64,000 bases of DNA from Lama guanicoe (Eukaryota): assembly GCA_013239625.1 (NCBI GenBank), contig MU056703.1, positions 1,973,185 through 2,037,184 of the forward strand. The letters are read 5' to 3'. This document shows positions 50,291-61,593 of this stretch, piece after piece. The notes under the pieces were generated by a model. It had not been told where the DNA came from, did no database searches, and saw nothing but the letters and a program-made list of their open reading frames with translations. A program made the position numbers and the translations under genes. Numbering within the stretch: the first letter of the stretch is position 1; every line of letters starts with the position of its first letter.

Positions 50291-50473
50291 GATGTTTACT
50301 GCAGTATTATTCACAATAATCAAGGTACAGAAACAACCTAAATGTCCACCGATGGGTAAATGGACAAAGAAAATGTGCCTATAGATATGACAGAATAGTA
50401 TACAGCCTTTAAAAAGAAAAAACCATCACCATATGCGACAACAGAGATGCAGCTTGAGGACGTTGTGCTAAGT
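50291..50473 (+). mobile_element. LINE-1 ORF2 C-terminal fragment, copy 2
   Basis: Duplicate of 48081-48263. Confidence 0.9.
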
Positions 50474-51419
50474 CTGACTCCACTGTGATCATGGCAGGAG
50501 AGCTGCCATCCCGCCAGGGCCCATATGTCCCCAGCCACGGTGTCCTGGTCAGACAGGCTGCTCCCAGTTCATGAAGCAGGACCCAGCACCATCAGAGCAG
50601 CCAGCCCCATGAGCTTGGTGTGCTCTGCTGCAGAGCTCGGAGTGGAGTAAAGGGAACAGCAGGAGGCGCTCCCACTCGCCAGCACAAACATGCACTCTTG
50701 TTCCCAGAGCAGGGCGGCCACAGCTGTGCCAGGGATGCTCACGTGGGCCACTCTGAGCCTCCTGTGCCCCAGGAACAAAGCTGGCCAGTTAGGAGCCAGC
50801 GTGTGCTGGCTCTGCGGGGGCTGTTTCAGCGGTGGCTTTACTCCCACAGAAGGTGACGGGGCGCCTGTGAGTGTCACGTCCCCCTCTCTCATCTGGCATC
50901 TCGCTCAGGTGCCCGTGGTAGGAACACGGAGGTTTCATGTTGATGCAGCCCAAACAGAAACACAGTTGCGACAGTTTCCAGCGTGCCTTCCAAGCTCAGT
51001 CTAATTTTCAAGGCCCCGAGAAGGACGAAGTCATTTCTCATAAAGCTGGCAGGCCTTAATTAGTTCTTGAAAACCTAACCACACATTTTTTTCTTATTCA
51101 CTCAGAAAGATGCTTGCTTTGAAGAAGTGACAGAAGCTTGAAAACCAGTAATACCTTTTTATACAAATGCTCTCCCCAAGGCCTGAGTCTCTCCAATCGG
51201 AGCCAAGAGTTAAAGTGATAAGCATTTAAACTGTTAACGACAGACAGAGACGACAAACAGTATCATAACTTTTGTACGGTGGATACAAACCAAGGGGGCG
51301 CTCCTGTTCTGGGAGACTGGACCGTGGGATGGCAGGAAAGGGGGAGGAAGGGACAGAGGGAAATAACTCAAACCTGCCCCCAGTGCTGCCCCCCACACCC
51401 GCCACCGTCCCTGTGAATC

Positions 51420-51830
51420 TCCAGGCTCCTCACACAAGAGGGAAACCCCTTCCGCATCCTCGCTGGCACGTGGGACTGGCGGTTTTATGTGTTTCTGGCT
51501 GTTCTGATGGGCGTAGTGTCCTCGGAGTGGCTGGGATTTGCACCCCCGATCACTCGTGATGCCTCATCCTCACGTGTGTTTATTTGCCCTCCAGTCTGTT
51601 CCTGAGTGAGGTGTCTTTTCAGATCCCTTCTGTTTCTTTTCGGCTTATTCCTTTCCTTACTGTGGAGTTGGGCACTTCAGGTGTTCGGACGCTGGTCCTC
51701 TGATGGACCGCGGTCTGCAGATACATTCTCCTTCTGTGACTTGGGTGTCCGTTTGCTTAAAAGCGCACCTCGAGCACACGAGTTGCTACGGGGCCGCAGT
51801 CTGATTTACCTAAGCTGCGTGTTGAAGTGG
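51420..51830 (-). mobile_element. Old L1M (L1ME-like) fragment
   Basis: ttctgatgggcgtagtg...gatttgcac...gtgaggtgtcttttcagatcc...ctgcagatacattctcc follows the reverse-complement ORF2 3' region. GC-shifted. Confidence 0.65.
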
Positions 51831-52518
51831 ACCTGTGCCCAGAGCTCTCTCCATCACTCAGGTTCAGGAGGAGTCGTTTTGGTCTATGATAAGAAATAAA
51901 GCAGAACATTTGTTTATTGTCTACGCCAGACAAGACTGAAGGCATTTCATTAATCATAATCAGGTGTAAAATGACTCATTACTGATATGAGCACTTACGT
52001 TTCCTGAGCCCCGATTAACTGCCTCAGTGGGAGAGCAGTGACTGCACCTGCTGGGACGCCCACTGTGCCCTGAAGAGGCCCAGGGCCCTAACCTCAGAGG
52101 CCCTCCCCAACTGCCCAGCCCCCCACCCAGCCCCCAGCTGCTCCCCACACATGCTGCTCCAAGGTGCTTTCTGCAGAACTGACCGTGGGACACCCTGGCG
52201 GGCGGGGTGGGGGCATCAGGAAGTAGATCTGCCAACTGCACGCTGCGGAAGCTCAGACAGCGCCTGTGGGTCTGTTCCTCACTGTGAGATGCGTTCGTAT
52301 TTATAAGCCGTTCCACTCATCATGGTACATAAGTGCCACACTTACATCCACGCGCACACAGGTGGTCTGTCCTCCGTCCCGTGGGCCTGCATCCCGGGCT
52401 GTAAGTCACTGCAGTCACCACGAGGCGTGGGTCGGGGTGCAGCCTGAGACGATGGCAGTGGCTTGGAGTCAGGGCGTCCACCCCGGCTTCTGTGAAAGCT
52501 GTGATCACCTGTGCAGGG

Positions 52519-52814
52519 TGCTGTCCGCCCAGACTGTTCTAACAAAACACACACCCCGGGCGCCTTATAGACAGCAGACACTGCGTCCTCTCCGTCCGGA
52601 GATGATGTCCAGGATCACGGCGCCAGGAGAGGCTGTGTCCTCACCTGGAGGAGGGGCGGGGGCTCTCTGGGGTCCCTTGCAAGGACACTAATCCCATGTG
52701 AGGCCCTGCCCTCATGACCTCATCACCTCCCAGAGGCCCCGCCTCTGACTCCATCACCCGTGGGTCAGGTTTCAACACACGGATTTGGGGGACACAAACT
52801 CTCAGTCCATAGCA
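52519..52814 (-). mobile_element. MaLR LTR, MLT1A/MLT1A0-like
   Basis: gctgtgtcctcacctgg...aaggacactaatcccat...gccctcatgacctcatcacctcccagaggcccc...ggtttcaacacacggatttgggggacacaaactctcagtccatagca. Confidence 0.9.
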
Positions 52815-54299
52815 CAGTATTTTACTTCCCCCTTACAGCCCCCATTTAGCGGGTTTTCTGGGGACATTGAGCCAACATGAAATATACACATGACGTGAGC
52901 ACATCATCAGAGGGGCCGGCAGAGCCCGGGGGCAGCGCGGGTGATCTCCGAGGGGTCTCCTGGGGGGTCAGGGGCCGGCAGAGAGGACGGCACGTTTGCC
53001 GTGAAACGTGGGTCTGAAAACTGAACAGTTTTGCTTTGGAAAGTAGAATCTCGATGGCAAAATAATTATCAAAATAACTTCAAAATCATCCAAGCTGCTT
53101 CAAGGGAGAAACAGACTTAGAAATCGCCCTGTTGCTTAATTGGGACAATTATTTAAAGTCGATCAGAGGCCAGGGGTACAGGACAGACCCGCATCTTTAA
53201 AGAACCCCTCTTAAAAACCTACTTTTCCTCATCAGGGCAAATTTCTTTTAAAAAATTACATGCAGGGAGAGAATTAGATAAATTGCCCTTGAAATTTCTC
53301 CATTCTCATTTGGCGAGAGATAAATCCTGTGCTCCGCGCTGGAAGGATTATGGGTTGGTTCTCATTCCCTCGCCCTGGGAAGGCCTGTAATTACAGGGAC
53401 CATATTTTCTGAACCAAACGCCAGGACAGCTGACCTGACAAGAACACGTGTATTTATAAAGACAATGGGGTGAGATATTTGAAATGGAAAAAGGCCCGTG
53501 AAAGCTGGAGCTGCCGTGAGCAGCTCTGACTCAGAAGTCCTCGGGCCTGGAGGCCTTCCTCATGGTGCCGTCCCTACAGCGTCTCTTTGTCGAGGCTGGA
53601 AGTGCAGAATGGTTGCCGAAGCGGTTTCTTCGTGGCGCCTTCGTGACACACGCAGACTCTGATTTTAAAGGAGCCGATTCAGTTGGTCAAGAATAACCCC
53701 TTTCCTCTGTCTTTGTAAAGATAATCGAAGCAATGGAATATATAATGTTCAAATTAGCACCTAAGTATGGCCGCAAAAGCTGTCGGCATACTGTATGCAA
53801 AATTACCTTTCTCACGTTTGGTCCACCGGGTACTGGGTTCTCTCCCTTTCTAAGCGAATCTGATGTTACACTGTAAGAGCTGTGCGTTGAGAAGCCGTTG
53901 CGTGCGCTGCTAGGCAGTTCTTCGTTTCGCAGCGCTTTCTCCATGAGGTTCTCTTAGGTGGGTCTCCCAGTCACTGAAGGGTTTACAGATGGTCCTCAGC
54001 AGTGAGGGGAAGAAGGCAGGAGATGTAAGGGGGAACCTCCGCCAGAGGGGGCTCCTGATCAGGGCCAGGTCCCTGGGGCTGTGGAGTGCAGGCGGCAGGA
54101 GAAGATGGGGGATGTTCCAGGAAGGCAGATGAGCTGCCACTGTGTCCTTGCAAGGGGCCAGAATCATGGAGCAGAGGCGGCTCCTGTGGGGACTGGACAG
54201 GGCAGAATCGCTCAGACGTTCCTGGGAGGCGGGCTGTTTGCGGAGGGCAGTGGTCAGTGTTTGGGATGACACACTCAGCGAGCCCTCTGGCTTGCACAG

Positions 54300-54610
54300 G
54301 TCAGCACCAGCCTTGTAACGAGCATCCCCAGCAGCCCTCAGACAGCAGACGTTCACTGTCCTGGAGGCTGGACGTCCCAGGTCAGGGAGTTCGCAGGCTG
54401 CTTCCTCCGGAGGCCCCTTTCCTGGGTGTAGACACGTCTTCCCCCCATGTCCTCACATGGCCCCCCTGTGTCTGTGTCCTAACCCCCTCTTACAAGCACA
54501 CCCACCAGTCTCATGGGTTCAGGCCGCCCATGTGCCTCTTCCTAACTTAATCACACCTTTAAAGGCCCTGTCTCCATGTACATTCTGAGGTCCCGGGGTT
54601 GGACCTCCCG
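54300..54610 (-). mobile_element. MaLR LTR remnant, MLT1B-like
   Basis: ctggaggctggacgtccc...gtcctcacatggcccccctgtgtctgtgtcctaa...taacttaatcacacctttaaaggccctgtctcca...cattctgaggt. Confidence 0.85.
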
Positions 54611-57009
54611 CCTTTGATGCTGGGTTCGATGCACTGCACTCCGTAATCGGGAGTAAAATCAGGGGGTGGAGGAAGAGTGGGGAGCAGAAGGGTGGAGCCT
54701 GGACAGAGGAGACCCAGCAGACGTGGGGACGGTGGCAGTGCTGGCGAGAGGCCAGGCATCCAGGGACGAGGGCTCCACAGGACCAGTGACAGGCGTCAAA
54801 GCCCAGAAAGAAAAGGGCCCTCCGTGGGGCCTCCAGCCCCCAGCCAGGAGCTTCTCCTGGGGACACTGGGAAGGGAGAGCCACCGCAGCTCCCCAGCAGG
54901 GCTGACTCAGCTTCCTTCCCTGTGCTGCTTCTGTAATGAATAAAATCATGCAATTAATTAATACGCAAAAGCAAAGAGGCTGATTTCACGGATTCGCCGT
55001 TAAATCAGGGAAGACGTGGTCTGTGAGCGACTCCAGGGCTCCCTGTGCAGGACTTTCACTGAGGGACCAGCGTGTCGCTGCGTCCAGAAGATTCATGACG
55101 ACCGTGCACCAGGGCCAAAGCGTGTGCTTCGCAGGCGGAAGTGTCCGCAGGAACCTTGGATGTGGCCTCCATCCTCCCCGCAGAGGCTGGCAGTCAGGCG
55201 GATACATAAACACGTAAATGTGTGTCCGTCGGAGCAGAGCAGAGGCCCCGCCGGGAAGCACTGAGCTTTTCTGCGTGTGGGTTAATGAGGTGTGGCTTCG
55301 TCCTCGTCCTGACTGGAGGAGGCACCACAGCGGCAGCATCAGAAGAGAGAGTCCGGCCAAGCTGGGGGCCCTCGTCCTCACCGATCAGAGTCTCCCCTGA
55401 CGTGGGGTAGCGCTGGCAGATTTCCATGACTCGAACAGGCCCTCCTGGCGACTTACCTTCTGCAGCAAAGCTCAGGCCTGCGTCTTTCTATATTTATTTT
55501 TATTTCAGTTGCCAGAAAATTATTCTCTTCAGTTTTTTGGTAGTTTGACTGGTTTCATTTCATTCAGGCAATATGTGTTTGGGGCAAAAGCCTGAGAGCT
55601 CCCGGGAATCATGAGATGCAGTCTCTTCTCAAGAAAAGGGATTGACCCTTCTCGGGCGCCCAGTGCATCCTGTTTTTCCTAAAGACGTCTCGAGCTTTCA
55701 TCTCACCCAAAGTAAAAGGTTAAATCGGTGCACGTTGAGGGGGCGGCAAGAAGGGGCTGCTCACGGCCTTTTTTATCACCGGCGGTGCCTCTTTTCCACC
55801 CTGTTGGGTAATCGTGTCGAGTCTCCCCCAGAAGACCCCGCAGACGATGCTGATTATACTGGTTTGAAATACCTGGTAATGCCTGGAATTATACAGTTAC
55901 CTCAGCTCAGTTAATTTGCCAGGAAAAGTTATACACATGATGATAACAAAATGATTTATTCTGAACGTCCTATTACAGACGAAAGTCTAGAACCGCTCAT
56001 TTACGAAGGAGCTGGTCACTTACAAGCCAGCGCAGTCCTTAAAGTGACACGTAGTAAAGAAAACAGAATTCTTCTACGGGACTGGGTTCTGTCGCTTGCA
56101 TTCGCGTAACGCGCGTTTGTGTGCTGGTGGTTGAGAAGGTGAATGTTCCCAGATGCAAACACTGCTTGCTTTTGGTGAATTCTGTAATTGGATGAACTAG
56201 AAGTAGGTCTGTATCCATGAAGAAATTGAGAAATTGGCAATCATAAATGACCCAATTCCTTAAAAAAAATAGTAAGAATATTAATTTTTAAACATTGACA
56301 ATCCCAATTGAAAAAGCTTTTCTGATGCTGTGGAAATGTTGGATCCAACACGGTAAATGTTTTCAGAGAATAAAAAGGTTAATTCCAAACATACTGTTAG
56401 CTCTGACCAAAGCTTAAGTTCCCATAAAAGAAGTCAGATTGGTTTTGTCTGTGAGTTATTATTCGATCATTGCTTCTGTTTTCTTTGTTGTTGTTTTTTT
56501 TTTTTTCATTTTTTTCTAACTGGCTTAGTCCACAGACACACAAGTGATTCAATATTATCAAAATCTGAAGTCGCTGGCACCCTAAGCCAGCAAATCTTTA
56601 TTTCCTAATTATTTTGCTCATCATAATCATTATAAATTAACATTTTAAATTCAGAGAGCGGCTATTATTAAATACATATCGAATGATTAAACTTCTTCCA
56701 GGTGGCGCTGGATTTGCATCTGGCAAGAACAGGGAAGCATCTGCTCCTTAACAAACCGCCTCCTCCTCACCTGCAGGCCCTGCTCACAAGCGCCTGCTGA
56801 CTCCTGGTGCACGTGAGCAGCAGTGAGGCTTCGCGTATAGACAGACTGCACCAGAGAACGCCACGCAGTTCGGGGACAGCGGAGCGCCTCTCCCCGTGGA
56901 GAGGGGAGGAAGCTCCGTAGAACCTGATTCCAGCGCCGGGCATGGCAGGCCAAGCTCTGCAACGTGACTAAGCTCGTTTAGAACGTCCCCTGTGGCTGGT
57001 CGACAGTAA

Positions 57010-59610
57010 GGTGTCATCCGGGGAAAGAGAAAGAGATGTTTTACTTTTTCCTTTCAATCGTGGATGCTTCTTGTTTTTCTAGCCTGGTTGCTCTGACCAG
57101 GACTCCGTACGGGACTCCGTAGCAGTAGCAACAGCAGGCATCCTCGCCTTGCTTCTAACGCAGAGAGGCGCTGCCCTTGCACCCCGAGTGCGATGTTAGC
57201 TGTGGGCTCTTCACGTGCGGCCTTTGTTAGTCAGTGTTGGTTCCTTTCATTCCTAGATTGCCAAGTGCTTTTTATCACGAAAAGGCTTTGAATTTTGTTA
57301 AACAACTATTCTGCGTCAGCTGAAGAGCACATTTGGGCCTTATTCTTACCTGCACTTTGCTGATGGTGCGTATCTTGCCAGTTGATTGCCCGTGTTGGTC
57401 CGTCCCTGCGTTCCGGTTGGAAGTCCCACCTGGTCGTGGCGTGTTACCCTTTTCTTGTGCTATTGGACTGTGGCCTCCAGTATTTCGCTGAGAACTTTTG
57501 CGTCGATATTCATTGGGGATCTTGGTCTGCAGTTTTCTCACAGTCTTCATCTGGCTTTGGTGTCAGGATGATAATGGCCTCATGTAAGTTAAGAGAATAC
57601 TCTCTCCTCAGTTTTTTGAAAGAGTTTGAAAGGGATTTGGTATTATTTCTCTTTAAAATGTTGGTAGAATTCGCCGAGGAAGCCATTTGGTCCTGGGCTT
57701 CTCTTTGTTGTGAGTTATTTGATGAATGATTTAATCTCCTCACTAATTACAAATCTGCTCAGATTTTCTGTTTCTTCATAATTCAATCTTGGTAAGTTGC
57801 ATGCTTCTAGGAATTTTTCCATTGCATATAGATTATCCTATTTGTGTGTAATTGTACCATCTTGTTTATTTCTGTAAAATGTGTAGCGACATCCCTTTCT
57901 ATTTCTGGCTCTAGTTATTTCAGTCTTTTTTCCAGACAGTCTAGCTAAAAATGCGTTGATTTTGTTGATTTTTTTTAGAAGAAGCAAATGTTGGTTTTAT
58001 TGGCTTTTTCTACAGATTTTGCAGCCTCTGTTTCACCTCTGCTCAAATCCTTATTATTTCTTTACATCAACTACCTTTGAGTTCAGTGTGTTCTCCTGTT
58101 CTTGTTCCTGAAGGTGTAAAGTTAGGCTGTTGACTTGAGGTCTTTCTGTTTTTTAACGCACATGGTAACAGCTGTCAGTTTCCCTCCGGGCACCGCTTTC
58201 TCAGCGTCCCTACTATTTGTTATGTTGTGTTTTCATCTTCATTTGTCTCAAAATAATTTCTAACTTCCCGTGTGATTTTTCCTTTCATCCGTTTGTTATT
58301 TTAGAGTATGTTGTTCAATTTCTACATATTTTTGGATTTTATAGTTTCCACCTGCTGTGGACTTTTAGTTTCATTCCATTGTGATCAAAAAAGGATATTT
58401 TGTACGACTTCCGTCTTCTTAGACTTAGTTTGTTTTGTCTCGCACATGGTCACTTTCGGAGGAGGTGCCACGCGTACCGGAGAAAGCGTGTGCTCTGCTC
58501 CTGCTGGGTGGGGTCCGTTAGGTCCTCCTGGCCTGCAGCCCGGCCCTGCCTCCTCGCGGATCCTCGTCTGGTTGCTCTGGTGATGCCTGGAGACGGGGCC
58601 TCGGCGTCTCCTCTGCTGGTGTAGTTCGCTCTCGCTCCCTGCAACCCTGTCGACGTTTTCTCCCTGCGTCCGGAGCTCCGAGGCTTATTGCACACGTACT
58701 TATAATTATTGTATCTTCTTGGTGCGTTGAGCTTTTGTCATTATATAATGTCCTTCTTCATCTCTCACGGCATTTCGACGTATTTTGTCGAAGACCAGGC
58801 TGGCCACTCCCGAGCTCTGCTGCTTCCCGCTGACGTGGAGTGTCTTCTTCAGTCCTCTCGCTGTCAGCTTAATTTTGTTCTTATGTCTAAAGTGAGTCCC
58901 TCTGTAGACAACGTTCAGCTGGATACTGTTCTTTTATCCAGTCTGCCGCTCTGTGTCTCCGAGGAGTCTGATCCATTCACATTTAAAGCGAGAGCTGACA
59001 GGGAGGGACTTGGGTCTGTCGTTTTGCTGTTCGCCTCCCGTACGTCTTGCAGGTTCCCCCCTCATTTCCTTCCTTACTGCATTCCTTTGTGTGCAGTTGA
59101 TGTTTCCTAGTGACAAGTTTTGATTCCCTTCTCACTTCCTTGTGTGTATGTTTCATACACACTTTCTTCGTGGTTACCGTGGGAGTGACGTAAAACATCG
59201 CAGAGTCATAACAAGGTGTTTTAAACTCACAGCCTGGCTGCAGGGGCACACGGACGCTCTGCTCTTTGATCGCCCTGCCCTCCGCACTTTGTTATGGGCT
59301 ATTTATCAGGTCCTCATTAAGGTAGATTAAATTCTGTGAAAGAATGAAAAGTGGAATTTGCAAAGCAGAACTGCACAGCACTGCATTTACTTCTGTCCAC
59401 GTGCTTAGTTTCAGTGGAGAACCTCCTGTTTTCATAGCTTCAAGCCACTGCCTTGCATCTTTTTATTTCACCTTGAAGTGCTCCTTGTAGCATTTATTTC
59501 TGGGCAGGTCTGGTGGTAAAGAACTCTCTCGGCTTTGTTTCTCTGGGAATAACTTAATTCCTCCCTCGTTTTTGAAGGACAGTTTTGCTGGATATAGAAT
59601 TATCGGTTGG
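57010..59610 (-). mobile_element. Old L1M LINE-1 segment: ORF1 C-terminus, ORF2 endonuclease and RT regions, decayed
   Basis: Minus strand 59605->59470 gives ILYPAKLSFKNEGGIKLFPEKQ...TTRPA (ORF1p CTD). ORF 57510-57743 ends HEAIIILTPKPDED (ORF2p YEASIILIPKPGRD). Many stops and frameshifts. Confidence 0.92.
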
Positions 59611-60631
59611 GAGTTGTTCTGGTTCAGATGCGACAGAAATCAGTCTTTCCAGACAAGCCACGCTCCTCCTTCACCAGAACCGCCCTGCTCGCGGCGTGGG
59701 GCTCCCTCCTGGGTGAGCGGCGCTTGGCTGCTGTGAGCCCTGACAGGCCTCCTGAGCCACTCCAGTCAGCTTGTTGCAGTTAACGCGGAGTTCCTGTGGA
59801 ATCTGTGGCCCTCTGTCCTCCGGGCTGAGGGCCACGGTCACGCAGAGCAGCGGTGCCCAGCGCACACCCTGGGCGGACCTGTGCCAGCGTCACCTGGACG
59901 CCCAGAGGTGAAGGTTCTGGGGCCCACCCTGCCCTACTGGACCCGGCTCTCTGGGGAGGTCAGTGGGCCTTCGGGTGACTGTGAAGCAGGCTGGCTAACT
60001 CTGAGCGCCTGTGCCATCAACTTCCGTTTGTTAGAAATTCTCCACGGTGAGGAAAAGAACTAGAAAATACAGAGAGAGAGAAAGCCAGATTCCCCCCTTA
60101 GTTGTTCAGACGTGGGCCCCAGACGTGATCGCTGTGGAAGCACAGGCTGGGGTTCGCGGTGTGTGTCACAGCAGACCAGGGCCTTCACGGCCGTCATGTC
60201 TGTGGAGGTGCTAAGTCATCAGGCCGCCGGAGTTCTGCAGCTGGAAAGTTTCCACCACAGATGAAGGCACACTCTGTTGTCTGACAGCCAGAGATGCTGC
60301 CTTTGAAGGAGGCCCTTGTCTGCCTGCAGGCCAGGCACCTGCCTCGGACCGCCGGGGACCGGACTCTGCTCTCCCGCTGTCTATGAATCCAGGTTTCTTG
60401 TTTCATCTTCTTTCCGGGCATCTGTCCTTTAACAAGCAGCTTAGATCATCTGTGACCTCTCTCTGAAAAATACAAAAGCCAGAGTCATTCTTCTCCATAA
60501 GTTTGTAAGCAAAATGCCTCAATTTCCCATCCGTCTCACCTGTGGTACAGAAACGAGGGCTGACTCTGCAGCGAGTCCTCCTGTAATGACTGCATGTCCC
60601 ACCGCGCTCTTCATCCACGTCTGCAACCCCC

Positions 60632-61593
60632 TCCCCTGCACACCTGTCCCTTCCACCTGCACACCTGTCCCCTCCCTGTGCACACCTGTCCCTTCCACCT
60701 GCACACCTGTCCCTTCCACCTGCGCACCTGTCCCCTCCCTGTGCACACCTGTCCCCCGTGTGCACCTGTCCCCTTCCCTGCACACCTGTCCCCTCCCCAT
60801 GCATACCTGTCCCTTCCACCTGCACACCTGTCCCCCATGTGCACCTGTCCCCTTCCCTGCACACCTGTCCCCTCCCCATGCATACCTGTCCCTTCCCCCT
60901 GCACACCTGCCCCTTCCCCCTGCACACCTGTCCCTTCCACCTGTGCACCTGTCCCCTCCCTATGCACAATCGTGGCTCCCACCCTGCNNNNNNNNNNNNN
61001 NNNNNNNNNNNNNNNNNNNNNNNNNNNNNNNNNNNNNNNNNNNNNNNNNNNNNNNNNNNNNNNNNNNNNNNNNNNNNNNNNNNNNNNNNNNNNNNNNNNN
61101 NNNNNNNNNNNNNNNNNNNNNNNNNNNNNNNNNNNNNNNNNNNNNNNNNNNNNNNNNNNNNNNNNNNNNNNNNNNNNNNNNNNNNNNNNNNNNNNNNNNN
61201 NNNNNNNNNNNNNNNNNNNNNNNNNNNNNNNNNNNNNNNNNNNNNNNNNNNNNNNNNNNNNNNNNNNNNNNNNNNNNNNNNNNNNNNNNNNNNNNNNNNN
61301 NNNNNNNNNNNNNNNNNNNNNNNNNNNNNNNNNNNNNNNNNNNNNNNNNNNNNNNNNNNNNNNNNNNNNNNNNNNNNNNNNNNNTGCACACCTGTCCCTT
61401 CCACCTGCGCACCTGTCCCCTCCCTGTGCACACCTGTCCCCTGTGTGCACCTGTCCCCTTCCCTGCACACCTGTCCCCTCCCCATGCCTACCTGTCCCTT
61501 CCACCTGCACACCTGTCCCTTCCACCTGCACACCTGTCCCTTCCACCTGTGCACCTGTCCCCTCCCTATGCACAATCGTGGCTCCCACCCTGC
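60632..61593. repeat. ~19-21-bp minisatellite (gcacacctgtcccttccacct and variants) interrupted by an assembly gap
   Basis: cacctgtccc recurs about every 20 bp on both sides of the N run and generates the CTPVPST / HTCPFHL ORFs. Confidence 0.97.
60988..61384. other. Assembly gap (397 N)
   Basis: N run inside the minisatellite. Confidence 1.

Larger units (their letters stand above)
46284..50702 (+). repeat. Direct tandem duplication: copy 1 46284-48492 (2209 bp), copy 2 48493-50702 (2210 bp)
   Basis: Both copies start cagtttgtgaaaggaacg and end catgcactcttgtt. Identical ORFs recur at offset 2209/2210. About 12 substitutions and one 1-bp indel seen by eye. Confidence 0.98.

Noticed and set aside
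55440-55470. Consensus minus-strand donor AAG|GTAAGT
   Set aside because: No plausible upstream acceptor or coding frame; such 9-mers occur by chance in 64 kb.
55800-55880. Possible micro-exon (cccccag|aagac...cctg|gtaatg; EDPADDADYTGLKYL)
   Set aside because: Weak pyrimidine tract and no recognisable protein; chance splice-like motifs are common.
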